NCBI GenBank assembly: GCA_039589875.1
Contig: JBDHGL010000011.1
Location: forward strand, 16,282-80,281
Length of the DNA: 64,000 nucleotides
Reading direction: 5' to 3'
Origin: Gemmatimonadota bacterium
Lineage (GTDB): Bacteria; Gemmatimonadota; Gemmatimonadetes; Palauibacterales; Palauibacteraceae
A model generated the notes under the pieces. It ran no database searches, was not told the DNA's origin, and saw only the letters and a program-made list of their open reading frames with translations. Both the position numbers and the translations under genes were made by a program. Of the stretch, positions 28,494-38,263 are shown one piece after another (within the stretch, counting starts at the first letter, position 1; every line of letters starts with the position of its first letter).

Positions 28494-29156
28494 GTGAAAA
28501 AGATCTCCGAATCGGCCGTCCGCCGCCTATCGACCTACCTCCGCCTGCTTCGAGAAGTGGCCGGCCAGCAGGACCTCATCTCCAGCCAGGAACTGGCGGA
28601 GCGTGTCGGCGCCACGTCGGCTCAGGTTCGAAAGGACCTGAGTCTCTTTGGGTCGTTCGGTCAGCGGGGCAGGGGGTACGAGGTCTCGGAGCTAATCGAC
28701 ACGCTGGAGAGGATTCTCGGGCTCGCCAGGCGGTGGCGCGTGGCGATCGTCGGGGTAGGGAAGCTCGGATCGGCACTTCTCGGATATCGGGAGCTGAGCG
28801 AGCGGGGCTTCGACGTCGTGGCGGCGTTCGACGTCGACTCCCGCAAGGTCGGCGCCGAGCTGGGAGGCCTGGCGGTGAGCTCGATCGATTCTCTGGCCAG
28901 CGTGGTGCGGGAACGCGAAGTGGAGATCGGAATCATCGCGACGCCGCCCGACGTGGCACCCGAGGTGGCGGAGTGCCTGGCGAAAGCCGGGGTCTCGGCC
29001 ATTCTGAACTTCGCGCCGGTCAAAATCGGTGCGGGAGATTCGTTGGTCGTTCGAACCATGGATCTCGCTCTCGAGCTCGAGGGCCTGACGTTCGCGCTCA
29101 CATCTGCGTTAGACGAAGAGAGCTCGGCGACCGACCTGGCTCGGCGGCCCGCCTGA
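28494..29156 (+). CDS. rex: Redox-sensing transcriptional repressor Rex
   Basis: RLSTYLRLL, SSQELAERVGATSAQVRKDLSLFGSFGQRGRGY, Rossmann IVGVGKLGSAL. Confidence 0.93.
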   Translation: MKKISESAVRRLSTYLRLLREVAGQQDLISSQELAERVGATSAQVRKDLSLFGSFGQRGRGYEVSELIDTLERILGLARRWRVAIVGVGKLGSALLGYRELSERGFDVVAAFDVDSRKVGAELGGLAVSSIDSLASVVREREVEIGIIATPPDVAPEVAECLAKAGVSAILNFAPVKIGAGDSLVVRTMDLALELEGLTFALTSALDEESSATDLARRPA

Positions 29157-29158
29157 GC

Positions 29159-29998
29159 GTGAACGAGCCCGGCCTGCGCTTCACCGAGAGCTCCTCTCTT
29201 CTCTCGCATGCCCTCGATCTGATCGAAGAAGGTCCGCAGCCGACATCTCGCCTGGCCGGCCGTGTCTTCGGCCTCAAGAACGGGCCGCCCGGGCTGGCCG
29301 CCCGCATGGTGTTCGAGCTTCTGGCCGACGACCACCGCGTTGATGTCGATGCGGACGGGATATGGCGGTTGGCGGCACCCGGATCGCACGAGGAACGACG
29401 CTTGGATGCGCTGACTTTCGTCGTCGTCGACGTGGAGACGACAGGCATCCCGGTCACCAAGGGCGGCCGGATCATCGAGGTCGCGACGGTCGAAGTGAAG
29501 AACGGAGCGATTCGAGAGGAGTTCTCTACCCTCATCGACCCAGAGCGTCCCGTTCCCCGCTGGGTAACGGGGCTGACCGGAATCTCGCGGGAGATGGTCG
29601 TCTCGGCGCCGCGGTTCCGTGATATCGCCGAAGAGCTGCGGCAGAGGCTGGAGGGCCGGGTGTTCGTCGCGCACAATGCTGCATACGACTGGGCATACCT
29701 GAGCGCGGAGATGCGCCGGGCCCGGATGCTCATCCCAAACGGACCACGCGTGTGCACCGTCCGCCTCGCCAGAAAAGCGCTGCCCGGCGTCCGGCGACGC
29801 GGACTCGACTCGCTCGCGGCGTTCTACGGGATCGAGATCGACGGCCGCCACCGCGCCTGGGGAGATGCTCGTGCAACAGCCCTGCTGCTCCTCCGCTTGA
29901 TCGATGAGGCCGAGCGGCAAGGTGTCGAGAGCTGGGGGGAGCTTCAAAGCTGGCTGGCCCGGCAGCCGCGGAGACGACGCAGAAGGAGACGGCGGTGA
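29159..29998 (+). CDS. DEDDh 3'-5' exonuclease (DnaQ/epsilon-like) with ~95-aa N-terminal extension and poly-Arg tail
   Basis: ExoI VVVDVETTG, ExoII VAHNAAYDWAYL, ExoIII HRAWGDARA. GTG 29159 is 2 nt after the rex stop. C-terminus QPRRRRRRRRR. Confidence 0.85.
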   Translation: MNEPGLRFTESSSLLSHALDLIEEGPQPTSRLAGRVFGLKNGPPGLAARMVFELLADDHRVDVDADGIWRLAAPGSHEERRLDALTFVVVDVETTGIPVTKGGRIIEVATVEVKNGAIREEFSTLIDPERPVPRWVTGLTGISREMVVSAPRFRDIAEELRQRLEGRVFVAHNAAYDWAYLSAEMRRARMLIPNGPRVCTVRLARKALPGVRRRGLDSLAAFYGIEIDGRHRAWGDARATALLLLRLIDEAERQGVESWGELQSWLARQPRRRRRRRRR

Positions 29999-30876
29999 TC
30001 GTCTGCGATGAGGGCGGCGTACGCGTGAGCACGGTGGACGCCGGGCTCGTGCGATTGGATGGCGGAGCGATGTTCGGCGTAGTGCCCAAGCCCTTGTGGA
30101 GCCGGCGGATTCCGGCGGATGAGCGAAACCGCATCCCGCTGTCCATGCGCTGTCTGTTGATCGAGACCGGCGGAACGATCGTGTTGGTGGACACCGGCCT
30201 CGGAAACAAAGAAGACGAGAAGTTCACGGAGATCTACGGGGTAGAGAACGCCGGCGAGCCGACTCGACTGGAGTCGTCGCTTCGCGCCGCGGGCGTGGAG
30301 CCGGAACAGGTAGACATCGTCGTCTGCACTCACCTTCACTTCGATCACGCCGGTGGGACGACCCGACTGGACTGCGACGGCAGGATCAGACCGTCGTTCC
30401 CCAGGGCTCGTCATGTGGTACGGCGGGGCGAATGGGAATACGCACAACGAAAGAACGAACGCGTGCGGGCGAGCTACTTCACGAAGCCGTTCGAGCCGCT
30501 CGTGGAGGCGGCTCTTTTGGACTTCGTGGACGAGGATGGAGAGGTGGCTCCAGGCGTAGAGTTGGTCCGAACTCCCGGACACACGCCGCACCACCAGTCC
30601 GTCGTGGTGCGGGCCGGCGAAGCGACGATCTTCTATCCGGCCGATCTCGTGCCGACGAGCGCTCACCTGCCTCTTCCATGGATCATGGGCTACGACGTCG
30701 AGCCGCTCGTCACCCTGGAGAGCAAGCGTCGCTGGCTCAACGTTGCGGGCAAGAACGGCTGGCAAATCGTGTTCAGCCACGACCCATACGTCGGCGTCGG
30801 GGTTGCGAAGCCGTTGGAAGATCGCGATGGCTGCGAGCTCGTCGAGCGCCGCTCAGCCGACGGGCAACCGGTGTAG
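29995..30876 (+). CDS. MBL-fold metallo-hydrolase
   Basis: LVDTGLG, CTHLHFDHAGG, TPGHTPHH. GTGA overlap with the upstream gene. Confidence 0.85.
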   Translation: MIVCDEGGVRVSTVDAGLVRLDGGAMFGVVPKPLWSRRIPADERNRIPLSMRCLLIETGGTIVLVDTGLGNKEDEKFTEIYGVENAGEPTRLESSLRAAGVEPEQVDIVVCTHLHFDHAGGTTRLDCDGRIRPSFPRARHVVRRGEWEYAQRKNERVRASYFTKPFEPLVEAALLDFVDEDGEVAPGVELVRTPGHTPHHQSVVVRAGEATIFYPADLVPTSAHLPLPWIMGYDVEPLVTLESKRRWLNVAGKNGWQIVFSHDPYVGVGVAKPLEDRDGCELVERRSADGQPV

Positions 30877-30917
30877 TCCGGCGGTGTAGATGAAGTCCGA
30901 ACGAGAACAGGACGGTC

Positions 30918-32129
30918 ATGATGAATAAAGAGCACACGGCGGTCATCGTCGGCGCGGCCCGATTGCCGACAGGCCGTTTTCTTGGCGGCCTCTCGCCACT
31001 CAAGGCGCCTCAGCTGGGGGCGAAGGCGATCGAAGCCGTCGTAGACAGATCAGGCGTCCCCGCCGGCGAAATCCAAGACGTGATCATGGGGAATGTCGTG
31101 CAGGCGGGTGTCGGTCAGGCACCGGCCAGACAGGCCGCGCTCATGGGCGGAATTCCCGAGACGGTGCCGGCCGTGACGATCAACAAGGTGTGTGGCTCGG
31201 GGCTGAAGGCGGCGATGCTGGCCGCGCAAGCGATCAAAGCGGGCGACAATCAGGTGATCGTCGCTGGCGGGATGGAGTCGATGTCCAACGCTCCCTACCT
31301 GCTTCGCGGCTACCGCGATGGAGTGAAGTTCGGAGACAGACAGATCGTAGACGGGCTGGTCAACGACGGATTGTGGTGCAGCTTCGGCGAGTGCCACATG
31401 GGCGGTTACGCAGAGTACACAGCGATGAAAGCGGAGGTCAGCCGGATCGATCAAGACGAGTTTGCCGCGTGCAGCCACGAGAAGGCGATTCGGGCGATCG
31501 ATGCGGGAGAGTTCGACGCCGAGATCGTTCAGGTCGAAGTGCCGGGTCGAAAGGGCTCGATCGTCGTCGACACGGACGAGCCGCCTAGAAGAGAGACCTC
31601 CGTCGAGGCCCTCGCGAAGCTGAGGCCGGCTTTCGGCGCAGACGCGCCGCCGGAGGTCCAGGAGCTGAGCGTCACCGCCGGTAACGCGCCGGGGCTCAAC
31701 GATGGAGCTGCCGCGATCCTGATCACCTCCGAAGCGTATGCTGAGGCGAACGGCCTGGACATCCTTGCACGGATCTCGGCATATTCGGTGGGCGCGACAG
31801 CCCCTCGCGACCTCTTTTTCGCCCCGGTCGTGGCGGTCCAAAAACTGATGGAAATCGAGGGGACCTCGGTCCCGGATTATGGACTGGTCGAGATGAATGA
31901 AGCGTTCGCGGTCCAGGCCCTCGCCGACGGCCGTCAGCTGGGCGTCGATTGGGATCGAGTGAACGTGCGCGGGGGAGCGGTGGCGTTGGGTCATCCGATC
32001 GGCGCTTCCGGGGCGCGCATCCTCACGACACTCGTCCACGCGATGCGCGATGGCAGCGTAGAGAAGGGCCTCGCGACGCTCTGCTTGGGTGGCGGTAACG
32101 CGGTCGCGATGAGTATAGAACTCGCTTGA
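30918..32129 (+). CDS. Acetyl-CoA C-acetyltransferase (thiolase II)
   Basis: INKVCGSGLKA active-site Cys, NEAFA, GGAVALGHPIGASGARI, CLGGGNAVA. Confidence 0.95.
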   Translation: MMNKEHTAVIVGAARLPTGRFLGGLSPLKAPQLGAKAIEAVVDRSGVPAGEIQDVIMGNVVQAGVGQAPARQAALMGGIPETVPAVTINKVCGSGLKAAMLAAQAIKAGDNQVIVAGGMESMSNAPYLLRGYRDGVKFGDRQIVDGLVNDGLWCSFGECHMGGYAEYTAMKAEVSRIDQDEFAACSHEKAIRAIDAGEFDAEIVQVEVPGRKGSIVVDTDEPPRRETSVEALAKLRPAFGADAPPEVQELSVTAGNAPGLNDGAAAILITSEAYAEANGLDILARISAYSVGATAPRDLFFAPVVAVQKLMEIEGTSVPDYGLVEMNEAFAVQALADGRQLGVDWDRVNVRGGAVALGHPIGASGARILTTLVHAMRDGSVEKGLATLCLGGGNAVAMSIELA

Positions 32130-32155
32130 GATAAGGTATGGTAACAATCGATAAT
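32126..32155 (+). promoter_or_regulatory. Putative sigma70-like promoter TTGAGA-18 nt-GATAAT in an AT-rich island
   Basis: Hexamers read directly: 32126-32131 and 32150-32155. It conflicts with ATG 32138 being the bioY start. Confidence 0.3.
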
Positions 32156-32716
32156 ACAATAGCATCACTAGTCTCAGAGGAGCGCGCCGGCCGGAAGCTG
32201 GCGTCGCGCGTGGTCGGCGTCGCCGCGTTCGCGGCGCTGACGGCGCTCGGCGCGAAGATCGCGGTCCCGTTACCGGTCGCGGGGGTTCCGTTCACCTTGC
32301 AGGTGCCGGCCGTTCTGCTGGCCGGCATCGTGCTGGGTCCGTACGGCGGTGCGGCGAGTCAGCTGCTGTATCTTGCCGCCGGCCTGTCGGGATTGCCGGT
32401 CTTCGCAGCGGGTGGCGGACTGGCCTATCTCGTGGGTCCGACCGGAGGCTACCTGCTGGCCTTTCCCCTCGCCGCGGGCGTGGCCGGCTGGGCATCCTGG
32501 AGATCCGAACGTCTCGTGGTTCTGGCTGCCGGGTCGGTCGCTGCAGTGGCGCTGATCCACACGGCTGGAGCAGCCTGGCTTTCGGTTGCGACCGGCGGTG
32601 CCATGACGTTCCGGGCCGTCGTCCTTCCGTTCTTGCCGGGCGATGTCTTGAAGATCGCGCTGGCGATTCTCATCGGAAGTCGGCTGCGGACCCCCGTTCG
32701 GCGGGCCATAGGGTAG
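32138..32716 (+). CDS. bioY: Biotin transporter BioY
   Basis: VPFTLQVPAVLLAGIVLGPYGG, GLPVFAAGG, GPTGGYLLAFPLAA. The first ~12 codons from ATG 32138 are A/T-ending rare codons; GTG 32210 is an alternative start. Confidence 0.85.
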   Translation: MVTIDNTIASLVSEERAGRKLASRVVGVAAFAALTALGAKIAVPLPVAGVPFTLQVPAVLLAGIVLGPYGGAASQLLYLAAGLSGLPVFAAGGGLAYLVGPTGGYLLAFPLAAGVAGWASWRSERLVVLAAGSVAAVALIHTAGAAWLSVATGGAMTFRAVVLPFLPGDVLKIALAILIGSRLRTPVRRAIG

Positions 32717-32742
32717 AGACGCACGGGCGCGAGCGGATCGCC

Positions 32743-33693
32743 GTGATCCTGCGGGGATCGGAGGGTCGCCTCCGCACCGGTTGGCGCCTGTCCCTTTTTG
32801 TCGTCGCCTTCCTGGCGTTGCTGCTCATTCTCGGCCAGCTCGCGATGTGGCTGAATGCCCCATGGGTCAGCGGAGCATGGCCGGAGCGTTGGGCTTTTCT
32901 CACGCCCCTCGTGGCCGTCCTCCTGGCCAGCTGGATCATGATGGAGCGGGTGGAAGGCAAGCCGCTCGCCGCGCTCGGCTTGCCGGTCGATCGGCTGGCG
33001 CCGGGCTCCTTCGCGAGGGGTACGCTGCTCGGCGCGAGTCTCATAGGGTTGGTCGTGTTGGGCATGGCGGTCGCCGGGGCGGTCACTTGGACGCGCGATC
33101 CCGCTTCGGCAGGACACATAGTCGGGGCGTCGGTGGAGTTCACCGCGTTCCTCGCCGTGGCTGCTTTCGCCGAGGAGCTTCTGCTTCGCGGGTATCCGCT
33201 GCAGCTCTTCGCCGAGGCTCTGGGCGGAACCGCTGCGGTGCTCGTCACGGCGGTGCTGTTCGCGGCGCTGCATGGCCTGAACCCGCATGTGTCGATGCTT
33301 GCGTTGGGCAACATCGCGTTGGCCGGAGTTCTCCTCGGTGCGGCGCTCCTGCGAACCATGAGCCTCTGGTTCGCGTCCGGCCTTCACTTCGGGTGGAACT
33401 GGGCGATGGGTGTGGGGGCGGACCTTCCGGTCAGCGGCCTGGACGAATCCACGCCCGGCTTCTCACTTGACACGCCGGGCATCGAAGCCGTGATCGACGG
33501 GGCGACATGGCTTACGGGCGGACCGTTCGGGCCCGAGGCCAGCTGGCTCGTCACGGGTGCGACGTTGGTGGGCATCGCGTGGGTGGTGAATACGAAACGG
33601 ATCCGCCCGGCGCTGAGGGTTCTGGCCCTCCGCCCGCCGGCTGTACGAAAGGAGCTCCGCAAGCGTGTGGCAAGCGGCCGGGAATCAGATTGA
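32743..33693 (+). CDS. CPBP-family intramembrane glutamic endopeptidase (CAAX protease-like)
   Basis: AAFAEELLLRGY and VLFAALHG motifs in a polytopic membrane protein. Confidence 0.85.
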   Translation: MILRGSEGRLRTGWRLSLFVVAFLALLLILGQLAMWLNAPWVSGAWPERWAFLTPLVAVLLASWIMMERVEGKPLAALGLPVDRLAPGSFARGTLLGASLIGLVVLGMAVAGAVTWTRDPASAGHIVGASVEFTAFLAVAAFAEELLLRGYPLQLFAEALGGTAAVLVTAVLFAALHGLNPHVSMLALGNIALAGVLLGAALLRTMSLWFASGLHFGWNWAMGVGADLPVSGLDESTPGFSLDTPGIEAVIDGATWLTGGPFGPEASWLVTGATLVGIAWVVNTKRIRPALRVLALRPPAVRKELRKRVASGRESD

Positions 33694-33709
33694 GTGAAGG
33701 AGTAAACCG

Positions 33710-34579
33710 GTGGCTGCACACCTAGCCGTCGACAGAGCGGGCGTCGTCGGAGGCGGCACGATGGGCAACGGGATTGCCCACGTATTCGCGTTGGCCGGTA
33801 TCGAGGTCACACTGGCCGATGTCGACGAGGCCGTCTTGGGGGATGCCTGTAGCACGATCCAGAAGAACCTCGAGCGCCAGGTCAAGAAGGAGAAGATCAC
33901 CGAAGCCGATGCGGACGCCGCCCTGGCGAGGATCCAGACCACCGCCGCCCTGACGGATCTCACAGCGGCGGGGATCATCGTTGAGGCCGTCCCGGAGAGG
34001 ATCGAGCTCAAGCGTGAGATCTTCGGGGTTCTCGGAGAGGTCTGTTCGGCGGAAGCGATCCTGGCGACGAACACCAGCTCGATATCCATCACCGAGATCG
34101 CAGCGAGCGTCCAGGAACCGCAGCGCGTGATAGGTATGCACTTCATGAACCCGGTGCCGATGATGCGGCTGGTTGAGGTGATCCGGGGGCTGGAGACGAG
34201 CGACGAGACGACTCGGGCCACCGTAGATCTGTGCGAGCGGCTCGGGAAGACTGCCGTGGAGGTGAACGACTTCCCCGGCTTCGTCTCCAACCGAATCCTC
34301 ATGCCGATGATCAACGAAGCCGTCTTCTGTCTCATGGAGGGGGTAGCCGACGCGGAGGCGATAGATACCGTCATGAAACTGGGGATGAACCACCCGCTCG
34401 GACCGTTGGCCTTGGCCGATCTCGTGGGCCTCGATACCTGTCTCTTGATCTGTGAAGTCCTGCATCGAGACCTTGGCGATGACAAGTATCGGCCCTGTCC
34501 GCTCCTCAGGAAGTACGTGGCGGCGGGCCGGCTGGGCAGAAAGAGCGGCCGCGGCTTCTACGATTACGGCGAGCGCTGA
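33710..34579 (+). CDS. hbd: 3-hydroxybutyryl-CoA (3-hydroxyacyl-CoA) dehydrogenase
   Basis: [51 protein letters not shown] before GTG 33710. Confidence 0.93.
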   Translation: MAAHLAVDRAGVVGGGTMGNGIAHVFALAGIEVTLADVDEAVLGDACSTIQKNLERQVKKEKITEADADAALARIQTTAALTDLTAAGIIVEAVPERIELKREIFGVLGEVCSAEAILATNTSSISITEIAASVQEPQRVIGMHFMNPVPMMRLVEVIRGLETSDETTRATVDLCERLGKTAVEVNDFPGFVSNRILMPMINEAVFCLMEGVADAEAIDTVMKLGMNHPLGPLALADLVGLDTCLLICEVLHRDLGDDKYRPCPLLRKYVAAGRLGRKSGRGFYDYGER

Positions 34580-34581
34580 CG

Positions 34582-35769
34582 ATGCACGACGCACCCCTTG
34601 GTATCGGGCTGACGGAAGAGCGGCGCCAGATCTGCGAGCTGGCGCGCTCCTTTTCCGAGTCCGAGCTCCGGCCACACGCCGAGCGCCGGGATGCCGAAGA
34701 GGAGCTGTTCGATCGGGCGGTCGTCGACAAGCTCGGCGAGCTCGGTTTTCTGGGCATGCTCGTTCCGGAGGAGTACGACGGCCTCGGGCTGGACATGCTG
34801 ACCTATCTGTATTGCCTGGTCGAGATCGCTTGGGGTGACCCATCGGTTTCGGTCTCGATGAGCGTGCACAACTCTCTCCCTACGCAGATCGTACTCAGGC
34901 ACGGCACGGAGGAGCAGAGGGAGCGCTGGCTTCGGCCGATGGCACGCGGCGAGGTTCTCGGTGCGTTCTCGCTGTCGGAGGCCGGCTCCGGTAGCGACGC
35001 GGCCAGCCTCACCGCACAGGCCACGCGTGCTGGCGAGAATTGGCTGTTGGAGGGCTCGAAGACGTGGATCACGAACGGTGCGTCCGCCGATCTGGTCCTG
35101 CTTTTCGCGCGCACCGACACTCCGGGCGACCGACGCGGGTCGCGCGGAATCGGCGCGTTTGTCGTTCCCACCGACGCGCCCGGATACCGCCCGAGCAAGA
35201 AAGAAAAGAAGATGGGCCTGAGGGGCTCAGAGACGGTGGAGGTCGCGCTCGACGGCATCCGGCTGGGCCCGGAGCACCTGATCGGAGAGCCGGACCAGGG
35301 GTTCCGCTACGCCCTCGCCGCGCTCGAGGGCGGCAGGCTCGGGATCGCGGCTCAGGCCGTCGGGATAGCGAAGGCAGCGCTCGAGCACGCGCTCCAGTAC
35401 GCGGAGGAACGAAGCCAGTTCGGGCAACAGATTCGCGCCTACCAGGGTGTCCAGTTCAAGCTCGCGGACATGGCGCAGCGTTACGAGGCAGCTCTCGCGA
35501 TGCTGGAGCGGGCCGGACGGGCGTATTCGGCGGGCGACCCTCGCAGTCGCCGCCTGTCGTCGACGGCCAAGCTGGTGGCGAGCGAAGCCGCCGTCTGGGT
35601 CGCGCGGCAGGCCGTACAGGTGTTCGGCGGCTATGGGTACAGCCGCGAGTATCCGGTGGAACGTCTGTTCCGCGACTCGAAGATCACTGAGATTTACGAG
35701 GGAACCAGCGAGATCCACCGCTGGATCATCTCCGGACAGCTATATAGAGAAAAGGACGGCGCCCTGTGA
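34582..35769 (+). CDS. Acyl-CoA dehydrogenase (short/branched-chain type)
   Basis: GAFSLSEAGSGSDA, WITNG, QVFGGYGYSREYPVERLFRDSKITEIYEGTSEI. Confidence 0.93.
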   Translation: MHDAPLGIGLTEERRQICELARSFSESELRPHAERRDAEEELFDRAVVDKLGELGFLGMLVPEEYDGLGLDMLTYLYCLVEIAWGDPSVSVSMSVHNSLPTQIVLRHGTEEQRERWLRPMARGEVLGAFSLSEAGSGSDAASLTAQATRAGENWLLEGSKTWITNGASADLVLLFARTDTPGDRRGSRGIGAFVVPTDAPGYRPSKKEKKMGLRGSETVEVALDGIRLGPEHLIGEPDQGFRYALAALEGGRLGIAAQAVGIAKAALEHALQYAEERSQFGQQIRAYQGVQFKLADMAQRYEAALAMLERAGRAYSAGDPRSRRLSSTAKLVASEAAVWVARQAVQVFGGYGYSREYPVERLFRDSKITEIYEGTSEIHRWIISGQLYREKDGAL

Positions 35770-36878
35770 GCAGTACGGACGTGCGGATCGACGAGATGAT
35801 CGAGCTCACCGGCCTCGAGCGGCCCGAGCTGTTCGATCTATTCGCCGAACACGGCCACGAACAGGTCGTGTTCAGCTACGAGCCGTCGTGCGGATACAAG
35901 GGCATCGTGGCGATCCACGACACGACGCTCGGCCCGGCGCTCGGCGGCACCCGGTTCTGGAACTACGAGACCGACCTTGATGCTCTCATCGACGTGCTTC
36001 GCCTCTCCCGCGGAATGACCTTCAAGGCCGCGATCGCCGGACTGAACCTGGGTGGCGGCAAGGCGGTGATCATCGGCGACCACAAGACGAACACCCGAGA
36101 GATGACGATGCGGGCGCACGGCCGGGTCGTCGAAAGCCTGGGTGGCCGGTACATCACCGCCGAAGACGTCGGCACGACTGTCGAGGACATGGATTACGTC
36201 CACACGGAGACCGAATACGTCGTCGGAATCCTCGGACGCTCCGGTGACCCTTCACCGGTGACGGCGTTCGGCACCTACCGGGGAATGAAGGCGTGCGCCC
36301 TCAAGCGGTACGGCGACGATGATCTCGGGAAGAAGACGGTCGCGATTCAGGGTGTCGGAAGCGTGGGCTACTACCTGGCCCGCAACCTGGCCGAGGAGGG
36401 AGCGAAGCTGATCGTCACCGACATCGATCAGGCCAAGGTCGACCGGGCTGCGGACGAGCTGGGCGCAGTCGCGGTCGAGCCGGATGCGATCTATGAGGTG
36501 GATGCCGACATCTTCGCGCCTTGCGCCCTCGGCGCCGTGCTGAACGACCGGACGATTCCGGCACTGCGGGTGGACATCGTCGCCGGAGCATCCAACAACC
36601 AGCTGGAGACTGAGGAGGATGACGATCTCCTCCGGGAGAGCGGCATCCTGTACGCTCCCGACTACGTCATCAACGCGGGCGGTCTGATCAACGTTTACTC
36701 GGAGCTCGTGGGGTGGAGCCTGGATCGCTCGAAGCGCAAGGCCGGAGAGATCTACAACGTGATCCTCCGCATCTTCGAGCTGGCGGAGGAAGAGGGGATC
36801 ACCAGCGCCGACGCTGCGGACCGACTCGCTATGCGGCGGGTGGAACAGGTGGCGCGGCTGCACCGCTCGCATGTCTGA
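35766..36878 (+). CDS. Leu/Val/Phe dehydrogenase (Glu/Leu/Phe/Val dehydrogenase family)
   Basis: AIHDTTLGPALGGTRF, GLNLGGGKAVI, IQGVGSVGYYLA. GTGA overlap with the acyl-CoA DH. Confidence 0.88.
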   Translation: MSSTDVRIDEMIELTGLERPELFDLFAEHGHEQVVFSYEPSCGYKGIVAIHDTTLGPALGGTRFWNYETDLDALIDVLRLSRGMTFKAAIAGLNLGGGKAVIIGDHKTNTREMTMRAHGRVVESLGGRYITAEDVGTTVEDMDYVHTETEYVVGILGRSGDPSPVTAFGTYRGMKACALKRYGDDDLGKKTVAIQGVGSVGYYLARNLAEEGAKLIVTDIDQAKVDRAADELGAVAVEPDAIYEVDADIFAPCALGAVLNDRTIPALRVDIVAGASNNQLETEEDDDLLRESGILYAPDYVINAGGLINVYSELVGWSLDRSKRKAGEIYNVILRIFELAEEEGITSADAADRLAMRRVEQVARLHRSHV

Positions 36879-36917
36879 GGCCCGAGAAATCCGCCAACTC
36901 CCAACAAGCGAGCGAAA

Positions 36918-38231
36918 GTGAGCGAGGAACGATACGGCACGGCCGCTACGGCGCCCTCCTGGCCTACCCCGGACGGGATGCTGGCCGAGACCGATCCGGA
37001 GATCTTCGCGACCGTTCAAAGGGAAGTGGAGCGGCAGCGGCAGGGTCTCGAGCTCATTGCCAGCGAGAACTTCGTGTCGCCGGCCGTGCTCGAGGCCATG
37101 GGCTCGGTGCTCACGAACAAGTACGCCGAAGGCTATCCGGGCAAACGCTACTACGGCGGCTGCGAGTTCGTGGACCGTGCCGAGAGTCTGGCCCGGGATC
37201 GAGCGAAGGCACTGTTCGGCGCCGAGCATGCCAACGTCCAGCCGCACAGCGGCTCCCAAGCCAACCTGGCGGCCTACTTCGCGTTCCTGAAGCCGGGAGA
37301 CAAGATCCTCGGCATGGACCTGGCCCACGGCGGCCACCTCACGCATGGCTCACCGGTCAACTTCAGTGGACAGCTTTTCCAGGTCGCCGCTTACGGTGTT
37401 CGGGAAGAGGACGGCCGAGTCGATATGGATGCCTTGCGCGAGACGGCACTTCGCGAGCGGCCCAAGATGATCGTCGCCGGGACGAGTGCCTATCCGAGGG
37501 AGCTCCCGTTTGCCGAGTTCGCCGAAGTCGCGACCGAGATCGATGCCGTGCTGATGGTGGACATGGCCCACATCGCCGGCCTCATCGCTGCCGGCGTGCA
37601 TGCCTCGCCCGTACCCCATTCGGACGTCATCACGACGACGACCCACAAGACCCTGCGGGGTCCGCGTGGCGGGCTGATCCTCTGCCGAGAACGGCACGCG
37701 AAGGCGATCGACAAGTCGGTATTTCCCGGGACCCAGGGCGGACCTCTCATGCACGTGATCGCGGCAAAAGCGGTGGCGCTGCGTGAGGCCCAGAGCGAGG
37801 AGTTCCGCTCCTATGCGCAGCAGGTGATCGCCAACGCTCGAGCGTTGGGAGAGGCACTGGCCGACCAAGGGTATCAGCTGGTCGCCGACGGAACGGATAC
37901 GCATCTACTCCTGATCGACCTGCGGAACACGGAACTGACGGGCAAGGATGCGGAAGAGATGCTGGAGGGTGCACGGATCACGGTGAACAAGAACACCGTG
38001 CCATTCGAGACGCGGTCTCCGTTTGTCACTTCCGGGATCAGGATCGGCACATCCGCGGTCACGACTCGGGGAATGGCCGCCGATGAGATGCGTGCGATCG
38101 CCTCGATGATCGACCGCGTGCTCCGTGACGGCGGCTCCGAATCCGTCCTCCGGGCCGTACGGGCGGACGTGAGCTCCATGTGCGCGGCATTCCCTCTTTA
38201 CGAGCCGGCCGGAGCCGGCTCATTGAGCTGA
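36918..38231 (+). CDS. glyA: Serine hydroxymethyltransferase
   Basis: [42 protein letters not shown]. Confidence 0.97.
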   Translation: MSEERYGTAATAPSWPTPDGMLAETDPEIFATVQREVERQRQGLELIASENFVSPAVLEAMGSVLTNKYAEGYPGKRYYGGCEFVDRAESLARDRAKALFGAEHANVQPHSGSQANLAAYFAFLKPGDKILGMDLAHGGHLTHGSPVNFSGQLFQVAAYGVREEDGRVDMDALRETALRERPKMIVAGTSAYPRELPFAEFAEVATEIDAVLMVDMAHIAGLIAAGVHASPVPHSDVITTTTHKTLRGPRGGLILCRERHAKAIDKSVFPGTQGGPLMHVIAAKAVALREAQSEEFRSYAQQVIANARALGEALADQGYQLVADGTDTHLLLIDLRNTELTGKDAEEMLEGARITVNKNTVPFETRSPFVTSGIRIGTSAVTTRGMAADEMRAIASMIDRVLRDGGSESVLRAVRADVSSMCAAFPLYEPAGAGSLS

Positions 38232-38263
38232 TCTTCAGCGGACCTCTCCCCGCAGATGTCGTA

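Noticed and set aside
28661-29947. 428-aa ORF on the - strand
   Set aside because: Antisense to rex and the exonuclease, both with clear motifs. A compositional artefact.
36252-37346. 364-aa ORF on the - strand
   Set aside because: Antisense to Leu/Val dehydrogenase and glyA. An artefact. 43994..45229 (antisense to eno), 46128..47333 (thiI), 55544..56887 (kinase) and 31050..32168 (thiolase) were rejected for the same reason.
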